Shown piece after piece: positions 58,293 to 64,000 of a stretch of 64,000 nucleotides of DNA (its first letter is position 1; each line of letters starts with the position of its first letter). Source of the DNA: Chloroflexota bacterium (GTDB taxonomy: Bacteria > Chloroflexota > UBA11872); contig WTFW01000163.1 of the NCBI GenBank assembly GCA_011523785.1, forward strand, positions 4,835-68,834. The letters are read 5' to 3'. Below the pieces are notes generated by a model. It saw only the letters and a list, made by a program, of their open reading frames with translations. It made no database searches and was not told the origin of the DNA. Position numbers and translations under genes: made by a program.

Positions 58293-58889
58293 ATGGAGAC
58301 GGAGGCGGATGGCGTTCTGATCGTCGTGGGCGACGCCGCCGAAACGGTGGACACGCTCTACCCAATCCTGCGGCTGCAGGAGGATGGCTTTCGCCCGGTG
58401 GTTGCTGCGCCCCAAAGGCGCCGCTACCAGATGGTCCTGCACGAGATTCCCCAAACCGGCTGGGAAATCACGCGCGAGTACGAGGGCTACACCATCCAGG
58501 CCGACGTGGCCTTCGCCGACGTGCAGCCCGAGGCGTATGTGGGGATCTTCTTTTCCGGCGGACGGGCGCCCGAGTACATCCGCTACGACCCCGACCTGGT
58601 CCGCATCACGCGCTACTTCTTCGAGCACGACAAGCCGGCGGCCTCCGTCTGTCACGGCGTGGAAATCCCGGCGTACGCGGGCGTCGTGGCGGGGCGCAAC
58701 ATGGCCTGTGTCCCTAAGTGCAGGTTCGACCTGGAAGTCTGCGGCGGGATCTACTCCGAGGAGACCTGGGCGATCGACCGCAACCTGGTCTCCGGCCGAA
58801 CCTGGCACGACCACGGGCGGTATATGAAGCACTGGATCGAGCTGCTGAAAGCCGAGCGCCAGCGCATGCTCAGGGCTACCGAAGCATGA
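58293..58889 (+). CDS. DJ-1/PfpI family protein.
   Basis: Nucleophile-elbow region AASVCHGVEI and the class-I glutamine amidotransferase-like fold pattern. Confidence 0.75.
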   Translation: METEADGVLIVVGDAAETVDTLYPILRLQEDGFRPVVAAPQRRRYQMVLHEIPQTGWEITREYEGYTIQADVAFADVQPEAYVGIFFSGGRAPEYIRYDPDLVRITRYFFEHDKPAASVCHGVEIPAYAGVVAGRNMACVPKCRFDLEVCGGIYSEETWAIDRNLVSGRTWHDHGRYMKHWIELLKAERQRMLRATEA

Positions 58890-59728
58890 GCCACATCAAG
58901 TTGGGCGCCGGAACCTACGCCTTTCGCGACGTGGACGTCTTCGAGGCCTTGCCGCGCGTGCGCCGGATCGGCTACGAGGCCATCGAGATTCTGGCCGGCG
59001 AAGGCTGGCCCACCGCGCCGGCGCGCCTGAACCGAGCCGATCGGGCCCGGCTGTCGAGTGCGATTCGCGATCAGGGTTTTGAGTCGCCCGCGCTCATGGC
59101 CTTGCTGCCGCTGTGCGAGGAAGGGGCTGGCGCGCAAAACGTCGAAGCCGAGTTTCGCGCCGTCTGCCAGCTGGCCCGCGATCTCTCCTTTTCGGATGCC
59201 CCCGCGGTTCTCAGCTCGCCCATTGGGCACCAGGGTCCGCCCTGGGACAGCGGCCGCACGCGCATCGCCGACCGACTTTGTGAGCTGGCCGACATCGCGC
59301 AGGAGCACGGGGTCATCCTGGCGGCCGAGCCGCACGTCGGAAATCCGTTGGACAGCCCGGAAAAGGCCGTCTGGCTCATGCAGCAGACCAACCATCCCGC
59401 GTTGCGGCTCAACTTTGATATGAGCCACTTCCACGTGCAGAAGATGGATTTGCGCCACTGCATCCAGGCGTGCCTGCCGTATGCCGTGCACATCCACGTC
59501 AAGGACGGCTTCATCGACGCCGACGGCGAGGTTGTCTTTCAGCTTCCCGGCGAGGGGAGCCTGGACCTTGGCGCGTACTTTCGGATCCTGGCGGAGCACG
59601 ACTCAACCATTCCCGTCACCGCCGAGGTCAGCGCCATGATCTGGCGACGTCCCGACTACGATCCCTGGGCGGCGGCCGAACAGTCGTTCGCCGCCCTGGA
59701 TGCGGCTCGGCGGGCTGCTGGCAGCTAG
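58886..59728 (+). CDS. Sugar phosphate isomerase/epimerase (xylose-isomerase-like TIM barrel). The start overlaps the DJ-1 stop (ATGA).
   Basis: GYEAIEI, LAAEPHVGNPL, HIHVKD and related blocks. Confidence 0.8.
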   Translation: MSHIKLGAGTYAFRDVDVFEALPRVRRIGYEAIEILAGEGWPTAPARLNRADRARLSSAIRDQGFESPALMALLPLCEEGAGAQNVEAEFRAVCQLARDLSFSDAPAVLSSPIGHQGPPWDSGRTRIADRLCELADIAQEHGVILAAEPHVGNPLDSPEKAVWLMQQTNHPALRLNFDMSHFHVQKMDLRHCIQACLPYAVHIHVKDGFIDADGEVVFQLPGEGSLDLGAYFRILAEHDSTIPVTAEVSAMIWRRPDYDPWAAAEQSFAALDAARRAAGS

Positions 59729-59872
59729 CCCACACGCCTACGGGTTCTAGGTCCCGGACTGCCGGATTAGGCCTCCCGGATCACGCCAGACACCAAGACC
59801 TCCGCTCAATGGCCGCTCGGCAGGACCCCCGACGATCTCAGCCGTGCGACAGCTTGGGGCGAGGCGGGACGG

Positions 59873-60757
59873 CTACGCCTCAAGCCGTCCGTTGGCCCGC
59901 AGGGTCAACAGCGCCTCGACGGTGACGCTGCCGCGCCACTCCAGCTCACAAGCGCGGCTCAGCGGCTCCCATGAAATATTCCATCCGCCGTCCGGCTGCT
60001 GACCCGCCACGAGCAGGTCCAGATTCGCGGCGACGTCCTCAGGTCCAACGTGTTCTCGCAGCGGATGTTCGGGCGTGGGGGCCCAGTCAAGCGGTTTGAA
60101 GACATAGCCTTCCGCATTGACATCCGCAACCAGGTCGCTCGAGAGCAGCAGGCCGACCACGCGCGTCAGCTCCGCGTCCGCCCTGGCACGATCGGGGACG
60201 TTGTAGAGGAACTTGAGGACGACACCTGCGTCGTGAGGATCGGTGAGCTCCAGCTTGGCGATCTTGGACCAGCAGAACTTCGTGGCGACCTCCAGCCACT
60301 CGTGTCGAAAGCCGTTCTGGTGCAGCAGGCCGGCAATGGCGGCCGTCGGATTGACGGCTGCTGCGGGCGCGTCGCCGGTCTGCCACCAGGGCGCCCGCGG
60401 ATACTTCAGCGCGGAAGGCAAGAGCCACGGCACGCCGCCTTCCGCGGTCGTGATGGTCAGCAGGTAGTCACACGCATCCTTCACCATCTCGCCGTCGAAC
60501 CCAACCGTGCTGAGAAGCTCGAGCGCGTGCTGCACCGGCACGGGCTGACTATCGGGACAGCGAATGTCCGGTTCAAGGGCGTTGCCGAATCCACCATCGG
60601 CGTTCTGGTAGGGGCGCAGCGCGTCCACGACTGCAGCTGGCGAGCCGTCCTTGAAGTGAAACTCAAACAGCCGCCGCTCCAGCAGCCGGGCGTTCTTCCA
60701 AATGAAGTCTTCGGCGCGCTCCAGGATTGATCGACCCATCGGATCCTCCGAAGTCAC
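59873..60757 (-). CDS. Hypothetical protein with prenyltransferase/terpene-cyclase-like (alpha/alpha toroid) repeats.
   Basis: Two Q-x2-DGG(F/W) repeats (YQNADGGFG, GQQPDGGWN). Confidence 0.45.
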   Translation of the reverse strand: MTSEDPMGRSILERAEDFIWKNARLLERRLFEFHFKDGSPAAVVDALRPYQNADGGFGNALEPDIRCPDSQPVPVQHALELLSTVGFDGEMVKDACDYLLTITTAEGGVPWLLPSALKYPRAPWWQTGDAPAAAVNPTAAIAGLLHQNGFRHEWLEVATKFCWSKIAKLELTDPHDAGVVLKFLYNVPDRARADAELTRVVGLLLSSDLVADVNAEGYVFKPLDWAPTPEHPLREHVGPEDVAANLDLLVAGQQPDGGWNISWEPLSRACELEWRGSVTVEALLTLRANGRLEA

Positions 60758-60854
60758 AGGGCGCTAGGGCCCGATCTGATGCGCTGCCGAAGCCCGGTTC
60801 GCGACCGGCACGGCTCAAGCGTCCGCCTGCGAATGCCGCCCCTTGTCGGCAGCG

Positions 60855-61730
60855 TCAGTCCCACGCATCCAGGCCCAGCAGTTTCCTGCCCAGGTCGGTC
60901 AGGACGGCCGGCGCCTGGGTCCGGTGTTCCCAGTCCCGTGGATCGTGGGGCCAACCGGCCCCACCGCCTGGCGACCTGGCCGGCCGGCGCTCCCGCCACG
61001 ACTCGATGCGCAATTGCCGCAACTCCTCGTCGTCTTCCGCCGGCTGCATGGTGATGTACTGGGCCAGGCGCGGCCTGTGGGACGTGTTGTGACCGTTGCC
61101 GTGCGCCAGCAGTCGGTCCCAGATAATCAAGTCGCCGGCCTTGCCGGCAATTTGCTTGACCTCAAGCCCTTCCAGGTCGGGGTTCCAGGGATCGCGGTCG
61201 GCGGGCTGTGTCTGCACCCATGCGTCAAAAGCCCGGTGGAAGCCCGGCACGCACTGGAAGCCGCCCTGGTTCTCCGACGTGTCAGTCAGGCAGAGCACCC
61301 CCTGCACCCCGAATGGGATCGTTGGGCGTGACGTGTCCACGTCCCAGTGGATCATTCCCGTATGACCCCACTCCGGCCGGTCGGCTCGCACAGGAGGCTT
61401 CATGTTCACTCGGTCAAGCGAGACCCACAGCCGCTCGCTGCCAAAGATCTGCGCGAAGGCTTCATGCATCCGCGGGTACTGCCGGTTGTCCCACAGGGCC
61501 TGGTGCTGGTACATCGACACCATGCCGGCCGCGGAAATCGGCGTTTGCGGATCGTTCCGGTCATACGGCGCCCACTTGTACCAATCGTCCGGCCTGCCCG
61601 GGTCCATCTCCAGGAAGTCCCAGATAGCCTCGACCAGCCTCGTCAGCTGCTCCCCCGGCACCGCATTAGGCACCACGACATATCCGTGTTCGTCCCAATA
61701 CGCCAGGTCGCGTTCGCTGAGTACCGGCAT
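60855..61730 (-). CDS. Phytanoyl-CoA dioxygenase (PhyH) family Fe(II)/2-oxoglutarate oxygenase.
   Basis: HWDVD (HxD) and the distal His in LLAHGNGHN. PhyH-like N-terminus DLAYWDEHGYVVVPNAV. Confidence 0.75.
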   Translation of the reverse strand: MPVLSERDLAYWDEHGYVVVPNAVPGEQLTRLVEAIWDFLEMDPGRPDDWYKWAPYDRNDPQTPISAAGMVSMYQHQALWDNRQYPRMHEAFAQIFGSERLWVSLDRVNMKPPVRADRPEWGHTGMIHWDVDTSRPTIPFGVQGVLCLTDTSENQGGFQCVPGFHRAFDAWVQTQPADRDPWNPDLEGLEVKQIAGKAGDLIIWDRLLAHGNGHNTSHRPRLAQYITMQPAEDDEELRQLRIESWRERRPARSPGGGAGWPHDPRDWEHRTQAPAVLTDLGRKLLGLDAWD

Positions 61731-62057
61731 TTCACTCCACCACGTCCAAGCTGCCGTTGCACTCTAGCGGCTCACGAATGCCCAATACCCTCGCGCCGGC
61801 TGCGCGGCAGCGCTTGGCCGCCAGCGATATGTGTACAGTGTGGGTCCGGACGTATGCGCCGTGCATCAACGGCAATTTCGAACGCCTAGTCTCAGGCCTT
61901 TGGTGCAGGCAGTCCTACCCCTTCTCCTGGCCCTTGAGCATGGCCTGCGCGGGCCCTCGCCCGCTCGCTCGGGCCGGTAGAACCGTCATCGTTCTCACAA
62001 CTCGCGATGCGGTCTTGCCGTCCGCCAGCCAAGTCTCACACTTCGAGGTCACGTCGG

Positions 62058-64000
62058 CTAGGGAGACTCGCAGGCGGGCAACCCAAGCTCGGCCAGGTCA
62101 TGCTCCGCCACGTCACTCAGGGGTGTGGGCACGCATCCCGTGAGCCCGGGGTTGCCCGCGAGGCGCAACTCTTTGAGATTGGCGAGCTGGCCCAATTCTG
62201 AAGGGATTGTGCCGCTGAGCTGGTTCGCGTCGAGCCACAGTTCAGCCAGCTTGGTGAGCCGGCCAAGCTCAGCCGGAATCGGACCTGACAGTTCGTTCCA
62301 CGACAAAGCCAGATACTCGAGGTTGGTGAGTTGGCCCAGTTCGGTAGGAATTCTGCCGCCAAGCGGGTTCACCATCAGTCGCAGCGTCCGCAGGCGGGAG
62401 AGCGAGCCTAGCTCCGGCGGAATCCCTCCGCTCAGCTGATTCCACGAGAGCAGCAGATACTCAAGGTTGGCGAGCTGGCCCAACTCGGGCGGGATTTCGC
62501 CGCTCAGCTGGTTCACCATTAGGCGCAGCCCTTCCAGATGGGTAAGCGAGCTCAGCTCCGGCGGAATCCCGCCGCTCAGCTCGTTCCATCCGAGACTCAG
62601 CCTGGTCAGCTTCGTCAGCGAGCCCAACTCCGGCGGAATCGCGCCGCTCAGCTGGTTATCGTCGAGATCCAGCCAAGTCAGGTTGACGAGTTGGCTCAGT
62701 TCAGGCGGAATCGCGCCGCTTAGCTGGTTGCCCGAAAGGTCCAGTGCAGGCAGGTTGAACAGCTGACCCAGAGCGGGCGGAATCGCGCCGCTCAACTGGT
62801 TGTTCTGAAGACTGAGAGATGTTAGGTCGGTGAGCTGGCCCAGGGTCTCGGGAATAGCGCCACTCAGCTGGTTGTGCATGAGGCTGAGCAACGTCAGGCC
62901 CGTGAGCGCGCCCAACTCCGGCGGAATCGTGCCGGTGAGCTGATTGTTCGAGAGGTCCAGCGAATGCAGGTTGACGAGTTGACCCAGCGTGGGCGGGATC
63001 GTGCTGGTCAACTGGTTGTTTCGAAGACCTAGCCGCGTCAGGCTGGTGAGTTGGCCAAGCTCCGAAGGAATGGCGCCGCTGAGTTCATTGTCGGAGAGGT
63101 TCAGCAACGTCAGGTTGGTCAGTTGGCCCAACTCGGGCGGGATCGCGCCCTGCAACTGGTTGCCCTGCAGCGAAACCGCTTCCAGGTTTGCGAGCCCTCC
63201 GATTTCCGGCGGGATCACGCCGCTGAGTTGGTTCTCCGCCATGTAGAGCGCTGTGAGCATGCTGAGTTGGCCGAGTTCCGCGGGCAGTTGGCCTCGCAGC
63301 CCGTGCCCGGCGAGTTCAAGGTGAATCACTCGCCCGCGGCGATCCACGATGACGCCGCTCCACTGATCGATTGGTAGGTCGCTCAGCCAGTTGCCGCTGT
63401 CGTTCCAGTTCGCGCCGTCCGTGGCGAGGTACAGGGCCACCAGCGCGGCCCGCTCGGCGGGGTCGGCGGCGCCGCAGTAGGGCAAACCGAGATCCCACAC
63501 GTCGGCGCCTGACACATATCGCAAGCGCTCTGGAATGCACCCGGTGAGACCATCGTTTGGCGTGAGGTGCAACGCCCGCAGGTTGTCGAGCCACGTCAGC
63601 TCTGCGGGAATCGGACCGCTGAACCGGTTCTTCTCGAGGTCCAGCGTCTCCAGGCTGGTCAGTTGCACGAGTTCCGCTGGTATCGGGCCCTCCAGGTGGT
63701 TCGCCCCGAGGTGCAACTCCGTCAGGTTGGTCAGCCGGCTCAGTTCCGTCGGGACCTGGCCGCTCAGCTGATTTCCCCGGAGATTCAATTCGGCGAGCCT
63801 GCTCAGTTCGCCCAGTTCCGCCGGGATCTCGCCGCTGAGGACATTCTCGGCCAGGTTCAACTCGGTGAGGTTCGCGAGCCGGCCCAGCGCCGCCGGGATC
63901 ACGCCGCTGAACGCGTTCTCGCGCAGGTTCAACACTCTGAGGCTGCCGAGCTCGCCCAGGTCCGGCGGCAATTCGCCGCTGAGGGCATTCCCGGACAGGT
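62058..64000 (-). CDS. Large plant-type (24-residue, LxxLxxLxLxxNxLSGxIPxxLGxL) leucine-rich-repeat protein with two LRRNT-capped repeat modules. N-terminus is beyond the window end.
   Basis: More than 20 consecutive 24-aa LRRs (for example LTNLTLLNLSDNELSGAIPSELGQ). Two module ends of the form N(D/P)GLTGC(I/V)P...LGLP(Y/A)C. An internal cap ERAALVALYLATDGANWNDSGNWLSDLPIDQWSGVIVD resembles the plant LRRNT_2 cap. Confidence 0.85.
   Translation of the reverse strand, partial: LSGNALSGELPPDLGELGSLRVLNLRENAFSGVIPAALGRLANLTELNLAENVLSGEIPAELGELSRLAELNLRGNQLSGQVPTELSRLTNLTELHLGANHLEGPIPAELVQLTSLETLDLEKNRFSGPIPAELTWLDNLRALHLTPNDGLTGCIPERLRYVSGADVWDLGLPYCGAADPAERAALVALYLATDGANWNDSGNWLSDLPIDQWSGVIVDRRGRVIHLELAGHGLRGQLPAELGQLSMLTALYMAENQLSGVIPPEIGGLANLEAVSLQGNQLQGAIPPELGQLTNLTLLNLSDNELSGAIPSELGQLTSLTRLGLRNNQLTSTIPPTLGQLVNLHSLDLSNNQLTGTIPPELGALTGLTLLSLMHNQLSGAIPETLGQLTDLTSLSLQNNQLSGAIPPALGQLFNLPALDLSGNQLSGAIPPELSQLVNLTWLDLDDNQLSGAIPPELGSLTKLTRLSLGWNELSGGIPPELSSLTHLEGLRLMVNQLSGEIPPELGQLANLEYLLLSWNQLSGGIPPELGSLSRLRTLRLMVNPLGGRIPTELGQLTNLEYLALSWNELSGPIPAELGRLTKLAELWLDANQLSGTIPSELGQLANLKELRLAGNPGLTGCVPTPLSDVAEHDLAELGLPACESP

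Noticed and set aside
62100-63800. Periodic ~72-bp DNA repeats that could suggest a CRISPR array or VNTR
   Set aside because: The periodicity is the nucleotide shadow of the 24-residue LRR units inside one long minus-strand ORF. The repeats are degenerate, lack unique spacers, and are in frame.

Overview
This is a GC-rich bacterial chromosomal segment (by eye well over 60% G+C, with strongly GC-biased third codon positions). It is densely coded, mostly with housekeeping genes, and the synteny looks Gram-positive/Chloroflexi-like (rpmE-DUF1385-prfA-prmC; rpmB/yloV-recG-rsmD-coaD-yceD-rpmF-fabD-fabG; ispE-ybeY-yqeY-rpsU; glmU-like-prs; recO-glyQS). The phylum was not established; the synteny is suggestive only. 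I found one tRNA (tRNA-Gln, UUG anticodon) and no rRNA, CRISPR array or obvious mobile element.

The accessory-looking parts are these. (1) At 663-6225 there is a five-gene candidate copper-handling cluster. It includes a CopC-CopD-YtkA-like protein carrying an extra C-terminal cytochrome c domain, secreted proteins whose predicted mature N-terminus is a histidine, and a Sco/TlpA-like lipoprotein. It sits divergent from a DtxR-family regulator, and a CAACCT-N3-AGGTTG palindrome lies in the shared promoter region. (2) A Mn/Zn-type ABC-3 uptake operon follows, in which both permeases carry C-terminal DtxR-like winged-helix domains. (3) Three tandem CNNM/CorC (DUF21-CBS) paralogs follow. (4) A higBA toxin-antitoxin pair has a perfect palindrome inside its promoter. 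(5) The rpsU leader has a near-consensus promoter plus a terminator/anti-terminator-like element. (6) PriA has degenerate Walker A and B motifs. (7) A GlmU-like uridyltransferase lacks its acetyltransferase domain. (8) At the right edge a large plant-type LRR protein with two LRRNT-capped modules is truncated by the window.

Many long antisense ORFs in the six-frame track are high-GC artefacts and I reject them.
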